Assembly (NCBI GenBank): GCA_035638075.1
Contig: DASRAU010000027.1
Span: 41,508 to 105,507, forward strand
Origin: Verrucomicrobiia bacterium
GTDB taxonomy: Bacteria; Acidobacteriota; Polarisedimenticolia; Gp22-AA2
Direction: 5' to 3'
Length of the DNA: 64,000 nucleotides
Below, in pieces: positions 54,843-63,100 of this stretch. Position numbers and translations under genes: made by a program. The first letter of the stretch is position 1. Every line of letters begins with the position of its first letter. Below the pieces are notes generated by a model. The model was not told the DNA's origin. It saw only the letters and a program-made list of their open reading frames with translations, and did not search any database.

Positions 54843-54892
54843 CCTAGGGGTGGCAGATGAGGACGATTAAAACGCCGCCTCGGGAGGATACG

Positions 54893-55162
54893 ATGAAGAA
54901 GATGAGCGCAGTGATGGCACTTGTGGTGGTTCTCGGAACGATGGTGATGACGGCCGCCCCCGCTTCGGCGGCGACCCCTCAGATCTCGGCCCCGACGCAC
55001 ACGGCCATGCCCCCGGCCGCCGCGATCGGCCTCCTGGAGCGGGTGATGCAGCTTCTGGGCATCCGCGTGGCGCCGACGGCTCCTGTGGCCAGTCCGACCG
55101 CCCCTGCTACGCCGACAACGGACGGTGCCATTTGGGGGTGCAGCCTTAGGGGTACGTGCTAG
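54893..55162 (+). CDS. Small secreted peptide precursor, copy 1 (89 aa; predicted mature about 63 aa, C-terminal AIWGCSLRGTC)
   Basis: ATG at 54893 lies 5 nt after GGGAGG. The Sec-type signal is MKKMSAVMALVVVLGTMVMTAAPASA/AT. A conserved amphipathic core is followed by a Pro/Thr/Ala linker and a terminal two-Cys motif. Paralog comparison shows only synonymous changes in the core. Confidence 0.7.
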   Translation: MKKMSAVMALVVVLGTMVMTAAPASAATPQISAPTHTAMPPAAAIGLLERVMQLLGIRVAPTAPVASPTAPATPTTDGAIWGCSLRGTC

Positions 55163-55210
55163 TCAGCCCAAGCAATGAGGACGATCAACAAGTCGCCTCG
55201 GGAGGATACA

Positions 55211-55471
55211 ATGAAGAAGCTCAGCGCAGTGATGGCACTTGTGGTGGTTCTCAGCGCGATGGCGATGACCGCCACCCCCGCCTCGGCGGCCACCCCCCAG
55301 TTCTCGGTCTCGGCGCACACGGCCATGCCTCCGGCCGCCGCAATCGGCCTCCTGGAGCGCGTAATGCAGCTCCTGGGCATTAGGACCGCCCCGGTCGCCA
55401 GCCCGACCACGCCTTCGCTTAGGCCCGATGAGGCCATTTGGGGCGGCTGCAGGGCGCGTGGGACCTGCTAG
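55211..55471 (+). CDS. Small secreted peptide precursor, copy 2 (86 aa; C-terminal AIWGGCRARGTC)
   Basis: It has the same architecture and the same GGGAGG RBS as copy 1, and lies 318 nt downstream of the copy 1 start. Confidence 0.7.
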   Translation: MKKLSAVMALVVVLSAMAMTATPASAATPQFSVSAHTAMPPAAAIGLLERVMQLLGIRTAPVASPTTPSLRPDEAIWGGCRARGTC

Positions 55472-55497
55472 TCGAAAATAGACAACCAATTCCAAGA

Positions 55498-55526
55498 GGG
55501 CCCCTCTACGGGGGGCCCTTTTTTTT
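55498..55526 (+). terminator. Rho-independent terminator
   Basis: The GGGCCCC / GGGGCCC stem has a 7-nt loop and is followed by T8 (55519-55526). It sits 27 nt after the copy 2 stop. Confidence 0.75.
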
Positions 55527-55533
55527 GGCTGAT

Positions 55534-57363
55534 CTAATCTAGGTGGGCGCGGTCTGAGTCACCCATCGGTACTTGGTCTCTCGGAAAGTATTCCTTCCAC
55601 CGATTTCGCACAATATCGACCGTCTCTCGGTCAGCGAATAACTCTTCTGGATACCAAGGTTTCATACGGGCGTCGATGGCGATCGGTGATTCGAAGACCG
55701 GGTGATGGCGTGCAAGGTAAACCCTTCGAGCGTGCAAGTCTGCTGCGGGCTCAAAGCGGGTGAAGGTCATCCAAAGGAAATTGAAGACGCTTCGGGTGGC
55801 GCGCTGGGCGTCGTCGGTCAGGACAACGAGGGGCCAGGGCGCGAGGGATGGGTGTTCCAGCCACGGCGTCACGTCGGTGGCCGGGGTCCCGGGCGGCAGC
55901 TCTGACGGAAATGGGGTCGCGGTCAACACGAGGCATCCCGGGGCAAACACGCGAGCTTCCCTGATGCCGGCCGGCAGCGCGCCTTGGAATTCCCCCGGCA
56001 GCTCGCGCACTGGCTCACCGACACCAAGTAGCACCGCCTTGCTTCCTTCATTGACGCGGGGGCCGGCGTAGTCGAGGCTGTCCATCGCGAGGTTTGCGAA
56101 GACGAACAAGTCGGTGCGGAAATCTGCGCGCCGCAGCACCTCGGTCAGCACCCTCCGGAAATCCTTCAGGTCGCAGGGCCGATCGAGAGCCAGCAGGAAT
56201 TTGGTGAGCGAGAGCTGGCCTTCGCCCAGGATGCGGAACGCCGACGCCATTGCCTCGCGCTTGTAGCGCTGGCGCACGACGGCGGCCGACAGGGAGTGAT
56301 AACCGGTCTCACCGTATGACCACAGGTCGGTCACGGCTGGCATGACGACGGGGAAGAGCGGCGACAGCAGCGCCTGCAGATAGTCGCCGATGTAGAAATC
56401 CTCCTGGCGCGGCTTGCCGACCACGGTCGCGGGATAGATTGCGTCGCGGCGGCGCGCCACTGCGTCCACCCTGAACACTGGGTAATCATGAGTCAGGGAG
56501 TAGTAGCCGTAGTGATCGCCGAATGGCCCTTCGGGACGGCGCTCCCCAGGCGGCACCTGTCCCAACAGCACAATCTCCGCGTCGGCCGGGAAGGACAGCG
56601 GGAAACTGTCCATCCGCGCCATCGGCAGCTTTCGCCCCATCACGAGCGAGGCTAGGAGGAGCTCAGGAGTGTTTTCTGGAAGGGGGGCCACTGCGGACAG
56701 CATTAGCGCCGGCGGGCCGCCGAGCGACACTGCCACGGGAAGCGCGCGCCCGAGGGTCTCCGCCGCCGCGTGATGGAATCCTCCGCCCTTTCCGATCTGC
56801 CAGTGCATGCCGGTGGTGGTGTCGTCGTAGATCTGCAGTCTGTAGAGCCCGAGGTTATGTCCATGCCCGTCGGGATGCTCCGTGTAAACCTGCCCGAGCG
56901 TGATGAACGGACCGCCGTCTCGAGGCCAGGTCGTGAGGGCGGGCAATTGGTTTAGATGGGGCAGGTGCTCGACCTGCTCCAGAACCGGCGAAGCCGTCAC
57001 CGTCCGGGTGCCGAGGTTCATGATGACAGGCAGTAGGTCCCTCTGCCTCCAGAGCTTCGCCGGCGTCGGCGGCATCAACACTTGGGGAAGCGACGCGGCC
57101 CGGGCGATGAGCTGTTCCGGGCGACGGCCGAACGACCGCTCGACCCGCCGCGCGGTCCCGAACAGGTTAGTGACGACAGGCATCCGGTGTCCGCGGACGT
57201 TCGTGAACAGGAGCGCGGGCCCGCCGGCGGCCACGACGCGACGGTGGATCTCGGCTATCTCCAAGCGCGGATCAACCTCCGCCTTCACTTCGGCCAGGTC
57301 GCGGTCGCGCCGGAGCAGATCGAGGAACGCCCGTAGATCCTTCAGTGGAGAATCAACCCGCAC
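55534..57363 (-). CDS. UbiD-family (prenyl-FMN dependent) decarboxylase
   Basis: 609 aa with typical UbiD blocks (GGPALLFTNV.G, WP.DGGPFITLG, LGLYRLQ, MHWQIGKGGG, EGPFGDHYGYY). Confidence 0.85.
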   Translation of the reverse strand: MRVDSPLKDLRAFLDLLRRDRDLAEVKAEVDPRLEIAEIHRRVVAAGGPALLFTNVRGHRMPVVTNLFGTARRVERSFGRRPEQLIARAASLPQVLMPPTPAKLWRQRDLLPVIMNLGTRTVTASPVLEQVEHLPHLNQLPALTTWPRDGGPFITLGQVYTEHPDGHGHNLGLYRLQIYDDTTTGMHWQIGKGGGFHHAAAETLGRALPVAVSLGGPPALMLSAVAPLPENTPELLLASLVMGRKLPMARMDSFPLSFPADAEIVLLGQVPPGERRPEGPFGDHYGYYSLTHDYPVFRVDAVARRRDAIYPATVVGKPRQEDFYIGDYLQALLSPLFPVVMPAVTDLWSYGETGYHSLSAAVVRQRYKREAMASAFRILGEGQLSLTKFLLALDRPCDLKDFRRVLTEVLRRADFRTDLFVFANLAMDSLDYAGPRVNEGSKAVLLGVGEPVRELPGEFQGALPAGIREARVFAPGCLVLTATPFPSELPPGTPATDVTPWLEHPSLAPWPLVVLTDDAQRATRSVFNFLWMTFTRFEPAADLHARRVYLARHHPVFESPIAIDARMKPWYPEELFADRETVDIVRNRWKEYFPRDQVPMGDSDRAHLD

Positions 57364-57680
57364 GTTGGTCCTTGTACCAAACCTGGACTCTGCTCACCCT
57401 AGGCGGAGTGCTGGGCCGGAATTGTTCACGCCCAGAAGAGGCTGTGCTTTATCTTGTGGTCCCGCGCTGAAGCAGGAAAGATGTCGGCTCAAGCCCATAC
57501 GGAGCGCGTAGCCTACACCAACTGATTCTCTTGTGCCGCCCCCAATTCATTCGGTGCTACCCTCAGCATGGCTGTGGGCTTGCGTCAGCCCATTCCTTCG
57601 CCGCCGCCGAATCGGCTGACCGAATCCTGCAGTGCTTTGTGGCTCTTACTCAGGTCTGTCTACTTCGGCCTTAGGCGCGC

Positions 57681-58217
57681 ATGGTCATACGCGTCCGCAA
57701 ACTGGAGGCCGCGCGACTGCAGCTCGAAGCTGCTGTGCGGTTGTATTTCTCGGATGCTAGTCCAGTCCCAGTGCACACATTAGTGTCCGCAGCGTATGCC
57801 ATCTTGCGAGACATCAACGAACAACGTGGCGGTGGGTTCATGGTGAAAGATCTCCACACGCTTGTTGGTGCGGAGCGTGCAGCCGACCTTCGGAAACAGT
57901 TCAAGCGAGCTGAGAACTTTTTCAAGCATGCCGATACAGACCCGGAAGGAGAGATAGAGTTCAACCCGATCGAGACGCCGTTACCGCTCTTTGAGGCGAT
58001 TCTCAAGTACGTCGAGTTCACCGGCGAGAAGCCTCCTGAGCTCATGGCCTTCGCCATTTGGTTCTTGCTCGAAAACAAAGACTCGCTATCGAAGGACTCG
58101 CCCTACGGCATCATGGTTGAGCGGCTACTGGCGACCAATCCGTCACGCACGCGGGCGGCGTTCTTTCGTGAGGCGCTTGAGTTCCTGGGCGGTAGCCCAG
58201 GGGAGCGTGGCGCATAA
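57681..58217 (+). CDS. Hypothetical all-alpha protein
   Basis: 178 aa from an ATG start. Codon usage is atypical for the upstream 54 kb. It contains an R-x6-H element (RAENFFKH). No family was recognised. Confidence 0.5.
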   Translation: MVIRVRKLEAARLQLEAAVRLYFSDASPVPVHTLVSAAYAILRDINEQRGGGFMVKDLHTLVGAERAADLRKQFKRAENFFKHADTDPEGEIEFNPIETPLPLFEAILKYVEFTGEKPPELMAFAIWFLLENKDSLSKDSPYGIMVERLLATNPSRTRAAFFREALEFLGGSPGERGA

Positions 58218-58346
58218 GGGCGCGCGCCTACAAGTATCGGATATTCGGTTGCGCGCGCAGCTGACGTAGCGTTCGCCGGTCAGCGTGGACATGGTCTACA
58301 CGTTCTCTGGCTACTATGTGCGCGGTGCCGCGCGAGGGGGGGGTGA

Positions 58347-58727
58347 ATGACCCGCCATCTGTCATGGTTAGCAGTTACGGTCGCGGTCCTAGGGTCCTTA
58401 GCGTGTAGCGAAACATCAACCCAACGCAGCAAGTCGCAGGGCAGCGACAACGGCGTCAGGACTCAGCGGTCCTTTACTGAGTCTAACGCGTACGAAGTGG
58501 TCCCAGTCGCGGATGGCGGCGCCTATGCCATCGCGTTCGATTCCATCTGGTACCTCCGAGCTGGGGAAGCTGTGCGAGTGAAAGAGGTTGAGAGGCTCAG
58601 TGAAGGAACAGGGGGCGGTATTCCAGCGCACGGCGAGGCGTGGGCCCTTGCTATGGTGGCACGCGAAAGACAGTTACGAAAGCTCGCGGAGAGCCCTGAC
58701 GAGGAGCCAATTCCATCAGATCAGTGA
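58347..58727 (+). CDS. Hypothetical small lipoprotein
   Basis: 126 aa. ATG is preceded by a G-rich RBS. The signal sequence has the lipobox-like LGSLAC. It uses TTA/CTA/ACA codons that are rare in the upstream core genes. Confidence 0.45.
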   Translation: MTRHLSWLAVTVAVLGSLACSETSTQRSKSQGSDNGVRTQRSFTESNAYEVVPVADGGAYAIAFDSIWYLRAGEAVRVKEVERLSEGTGGGIPAHGEAWALAMVARERQLRKLAESPDEEPIPSDQ

Positions 58728-58960
58728 CATGGTCTTCGGGCGGTTGCCTTCGTGGCGTGCACCCCGGCGCGCCCTCGGTCCGGCCTTGGTTGCCCTTCGT
58801 TGCGCCCCGCCCGCAGCTGACGCCGCACGTCAGAAGAACTTCTGTCGGATTCGTGTCGGGTTGGCGCCGTGGCCGGCTGCTGATGCCACGATCGGGGATC
58901 GGGCGGGCGACCGCCCCGAGGACTCGGGGCGGCAGGGGGTGGCTCCCCACGTGATCGACC

Positions 58961-59025
58961 GTTCGAACTCAAGAGTGGTTCGAACCAGGGTGCCGCTGCA
59001 TGCACAAGTCGACCAACGTTCGAAC
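58961..59025. repeat. Three copies of the 8-bp palindrome GTTCGAAC (58961-58968, 58978-58985, 59018-59025)
   Basis: Exact copies are read directly from the sequence. Two are preceded by TCGACC (TCGACC-GTTCGAAC and TCGACCAAC-GTTCGAAC). They lie in the convergent gap between 58347..58727 and jetD. Confidence 0.6.
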
Positions 59026-59075
59026 ATGGTTTGGCCCGGACTAGGGTCGTGTGATAGCTCGCCCCCCTCCTAGCT

Positions 59076-60143
59076 CTACGCCGACCAAGCCCTTCGAAGC
59101 TCGTTAGGCCCAAGGACCTCCTCCGGAATGCGGCGACCGGCTTTGAGGATGGCGTCGACTTGATCACGCACGTCCGGGGACAGCACGTCGAGGACTCTGG
59201 CTCGATCGACATCAACGAAGCACTCTTGAACCGGCCAGCCTTGTGGGTGGCCGAACGACTCGGCTGCCAACAGCATTTGGCGGTGGAGCTCAGTGGCTGG
59301 CAGCACAGTGGGCAGTCCCAGGTCCATTGCGCAGCGGCCCGCATTCCAGGCGATGTCGAGCCCGGCATAGTCAAGATCGCCGACGTAGTGGATAGATTCA
59401 ACATTGCGCTCGATCGTTTTGAGGTGGCCAAGCGCCGCAAGGATGCTCCTTCCACCGCCATACGCTACCAAGTCGTAGGACCTTGCTGCGGTCTCACTAA
59501 GGACGACCCGCGCGATGCTGAAGGGGCCAGCGTTTTCGAAAATCACTACGCGGCCGCCCTCGCCGACCGCTTCCCAAGCAAGCGGTAACGCGCTGGGCAG
59601 GCACGCAAGCATCTCAAGCGTCAGGTGCCCGGGCCCGAACAGGGAGGTGGTCGCGAGCGACGCCAGCAGCTTCTCATCACCTGTAAGCTGCAGCGAACGA
59701 TACTTCAGGGGCGCTGGCTCACGGAACGCTCCGTTCACCAGTCCCTCGTGGACACCGTGCAGGAACTCGACCTGCTGCACGGACAGGCTCCGGCACTGAG
59801 CCACCCAGTGAAGGCTCGGGTGCCACGCAAATGTCCTCCACGGAAAACCAGACTGTGCCGCTCGATCGCGAACAATGTCCACGCTGGTCGGAACAGCGGG
59901 ATTCATCAACCGATCCCAGCGCTTCCCCCGCTCTGGTGGAAGCCGTATGCTTCCGCGTGCCTCGATGGACCTGAGCGCCTCGAGCAAGAGGCGCCGCTCT
60001 GCAGGCCCTGCCATCCTGTGGGGAAAGACCTGTGCCAAGTGCCGCCAGAGATCTTGCGAGCCGACGCGAACGGCGGTGCCAGCAAGGAGGCCGCGCTCGA
60101 ACTCGTCGAGTCGGCGTTCATCGAGCACGGAGTGTGCCCTCAA
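59076..60143 (-). CDS. jetD: Wadjet JetD-like protein (DUF3322/DUF2220, Toprim-like nuclease subunit)
   Basis: 355 aa from a TTG start that overlaps the upstream stop by 4 nt. Toprim-like motifs are VVIFENAGPF (Glu) and YVGDLDYAGLDI (DxD). It lies immediately downstream of a giant coiled-coil SMC-like ATPase. Confidence 0.6.
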   Translation of the reverse strand: MRAHSVLDERRLDEFERGLLAGTAVRVGSQDLWRHLAQVFPHRMAGPAERRLLLEALRSIEARGSIRLPPERGKRWDRLMNPAVPTSVDIVRDRAAQSGFPWRTFAWHPSLHWVAQCRSLSVQQVEFLHGVHEGLVNGAFREPAPLKYRSLQLTGDEKLLASLATTSLFGPGHLTLEMLACLPSALPLAWEAVGEGGRVVIFENAGPFSIARVVLSETAARSYDLVAYGGGRSILAALGHLKTIERNVESIHYVGDLDYAGLDIAWNAGRCAMDLGLPTVLPATELHRQMLLAAESFGHPQGWPVQECFVDVDRARVLDVLSPDVRDQVDAILKAGRRIPEEVLGPNELRRAWSA

Positions 60144-63100
60144 TGCTCCACACTGCCGCGAACGGCGGCGGGGGCGTTTTCCCGCCGTCCGATGCGAACC
60201 GCTTCGATGACACGGGCCTCGTCGGGAGCGTACTCGACCAGCCGACGCCCCGTGTTGCGATCGACTCGCTCGTTGCGGAGGCGGATCACGTTCGGAAGGG
60301 CGCGTAGGGCTTCGTGATCGTTAACGCCCGTCGTGTAGATGAGTTGCACGCCCATTGCCCGGGCGACATCACGCTGAAGTTCCAGAAAACGAACCCGCGA
60401 CGCACGGCCGATGGGGTTATCGAGGATGAGGACGCTGGAGGCGCGCCTTGAGAGCCCGCGGGCGCGGCCTCGCACGCGGGCGAGCGTGCAGTAGAGAAGG
60501 ATGGCGCCCGTGAGCTGTTCGCCACCGCTCGAACGGGCCATCTCCGGGATGCTCACGGTCCGGCGGTCAAGCGCTGGGTCGGGATGCAGCACGCGAACCT
60601 GAACCGGGCGCGCGAGCCGTCGCACAGCGGCCTGGACCAATCCAACGCCCCCCAGATCCTGCTTGCCATCGAGGAGCTCGTCGATGAGCTCCGCGAGGCG
60701 AGCGCGTTTCTCACTCGGGTCTTCTGGCTCCTGCGTTTGAATCCTGAGGAAGTATGCACCCCCGACGCCCGGCACGTGATCCGGAAGCTTCGAGAGCCCC
60801 GAGGCCTGGCGCAGCAGCTTCATCCCATCTTCCGCGACGGCATGCAATTCATCAACTAGAACCGTTCGGTGGCGATCGATGCCCGAGATCTGTTCCTCCA
60901 GCACACTGCGGCGTAACTCAAGCTGGGCTCCGAGCTGCACGCTAGCGTTCTCGAGTGCAGGGTCGTCATGTTCCTGGAGACGCCGCACCCAGGGCGTATC
61001 GAGACGCTCGAACTCGGTGCCGCCCGCGAACGTTCTAAGCGCCGCGACTGCGGTTCCTCGCTCGCTGTCCATCGACTGCCAGTCCACGCGGGCTTTGCGG
61101 AGCCAATCGCCCAGCTTCTTCAGCCGCGAGGGCAGCATTGACTCTTCGAGCGTTGCTGGCAGACTAGGTCCGGCAGGCTGGATTCCATCCGCGAGCAGAT
61201 CCGCATAGTGATCGCGCAAGGACCTTAGCCGCTCCGCATGCCGCCCGATGTCAGCTGCACGCTGTCTAACCTGCTCGGCATTCTCCTTGGCCTCGTTCGC
61301 CTGCGCCTGCTCGGATTCCGCGCAGTTGTGGTGCAGCTTCGCCTCGCCGTCTAAGGCCGCGGCCTCGGCCTCGGCGAGTTCGGGCGTGCTCGGTGGGCGC
61401 GGAAGGGGTGGCAGCATGATGAACGCTTTGCAGGCCTCTTCGGCCTGCTGGAGTGACAGCATTGCAGGTTCGATACGGCCCTTGAGATTGCCCATGCGGC
61501 CCTGCAACGAGCTCGTCTTCGCCTCTGCCTCTTGCCGCAGTTGCTCAACCGTGTCCGGCTCTGCGAGGCCAGCTATGTACCCTCGAACGATGTCCTCCGT
61601 GATTTCCGCAGAAAGCAGCTTCGCGAGTCGAGCGCGCTCATCTCTCCCGTTGTCGTCGTTCTGCTTCGCCAGGGCCAGGAGAGCATCCGCCCCGACCTTT
61701 CCTTCGTACTGGCCCCGTATGAGACGGTAACGCGCACGAAACTCGTCGAGCGGTCCCGGCTCAGCGACAATCTCGCCTTCGACGTATTCAATCTCTGACC
61801 GCTCGGCTTCGATAGGCCGCGCCTCCTCCGCTTCCTTCTGTGCGACTTCGGAGGCGTCCTTCGCACGGTTGTCGGCAGTGTCTGCAAGGTCGAGCCACTG
61901 CTTGCTCTCGTCAGCGGCTTTCTTCGCCCGAATCCTCGTCACTTCGAGATCCGCATGCCACTTCAGACCTGGCCGGATGTATTCTTCGACCAAGGCGCTG
62001 ATGAGACGGACTGCGTTCCGGGCAGCCTCCAGATCGCGCTCCTGATTCCGCCGCTCGTTCTCGAGTTGCTTACGCTTGGCTGTCTTCTGGTCGCGCTCCT
62101 CCTGCAGTTCATGCTGCCGTGAGCGAGCCTCCTCCTCCCGTTGGTACGCACCCTGGACCTCACGCGAAGTATTTTCGAACCAGCTCATCGGGTAACGCGC
62201 GCGGAACGACCGAAGCGTTTCGGCTGCACGAGTGAGATCGCGATGTTGTGCTTCCGTCGAATGGATCCGCTGTCGGTACTCATCCAGGCGGACTCGTAGT
62301 TCGGTCAAGCGCACCTGCGCCACCTCACGGTCAAACCAGCCCCATTCCTTTGGTCCAACAACAACGCCTGGCAGATCCGGCGCTCGGGTTAGTGTATCGG
62401 TGTCACCGATAAGCACCGGGCCTTCCGGCTCGAGTCCAGCCTCACGTAGGAGCTCGGCGGCCCGTTTGAGGTCGGCCGGCCGAACGACAACTCCCTGAGC
62501 GAGGGAAGGCGCTTTGCGGACGGCGGCTCGTGCTTCCTGCTTGGGCACGTTTGTCTGAATCCAGGACCACCCCGACCAGGCTTGGCCGCCGAGACGTTTG
62601 CTCAGGAACTCGACGACGTGCTGGGCATCGGCCGACGGCGGCAAAAGACCGTGCTCCTCAAGGTGAAGAGCGGAACGTTCGTCGTCTGCAACCGCCAGCC
62701 GCGTTTCCACCACGCTTCGCTGCGCGGCGCGAGCTGCTTGTTCGAGCGTGGCCACCGCGTCGTCCCCGATACGATCGGCATCGATCGCCTCGAGCTCAAG
62801 CGCGGCCTTAGTCACCGCATCTCTCTCGATGGCCTCGCGGTCCCTTGTGGCGCGCTCGAAGCGATCCTTGAGTGTCTGATGCTGTAACTGGCACTCCGAC
62901 AGCACGTTTCCGGCCCCTGCGAGGGCATCGTCGAGCGACTTGAGCGCCTCGTCGAGACGCGCGATTTCGCCATCGAGGTGCTCGACCGCACTCTGATGAT
63001 CCGAGGCTTTGGTCGTCCAGCGGATGACGCCGCCGTCCGGTGACTCCTCGGGACCGAGGAATCGCTCGCGCACCAGTTGCTTACGCTTGGTCTCGCCAGC

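Larger units (their letters stand above)
54857..55473 (+). repeat. Tandem duplication (two units of about 318/300 bp), each carrying 5' leader, RBS and peptide gene
   Basis: Alignment by eye starts at ATGAGGACGAT(T/C)AA at 54857 and 55175. It continues through the coding regions, with divergence concentrated in the linker. Confidence 0.8.

Noticed and set aside
54857-54892. Upstream ATG (MRTIKTPPREDT..) as the start of the peptide genes; the same applies at 55175
   Set aside because: This ATG lies only about 4 nt from the TSS predicted from the -24/-12 element and has no RBS. The downstream ATG (MKK..) is preceded by GGGAGG at ideal spacing and begins a canonical signal peptide. The 12-codon extension also shows non-synonymous divergence between the copies.
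55534-57363. UbiD-family decarboxylase as a modifying enzyme for the C-terminal Cys of the neighbouring peptides (LanD/EpiD-like oxidative decarboxylation)
   Set aside because: Known peptidyl-Cys decarboxylases are HFCD flavoproteins related to UbiX/Dfp, not to UbiD. The UbiD gene is convergent to the peptide genes and separated from them by a strong terminator. The peptides also carry Sec signals rather than RiPP-type leaders. The linkage is probably coincidental.
57568-57783. 71-aa ORF in the gap upstream of 57681..58217
   Set aside because: It has no RBS and a Cys/Ser/Leu-rich non-coding-like translation. It overlaps the better-supported 178-aa ORF in another frame.
58226-58260. GCGCGCGC ... 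GCGCGCGC hairpin after 57681..58217 as an intrinsic terminator
   Set aside because: The stem is self-complementary GC repeat with a roughly 23-nt loop and no downstream T-tract. It may form structure but cannot be called a terminator.
58975-58990. GGTTCGAACC resembling a tRNA T-arm/T-loop, a possible tRNA gene or tRNA-fragment att site
   Set aside because: The flanking bases do not form a 5-bp T-stem, acceptor stem or anticodon arm on either strand. The motif is simply one of three copies of the GTTCGAAC palindrome.
58588-59461. Track ORFs covering the jetD-downstream gap (58588..59073 +, 58721..59461 -, 58651..58950 -, 58724..58954 +, 58830..59027 -)
   Set aside because: They overlap one another. 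Their translations are Arg/Pro/Ser-rich with no motifs, and part of 58721..59461 is an off-frame shadow of jetD. There is no evidence favouring any one of them.
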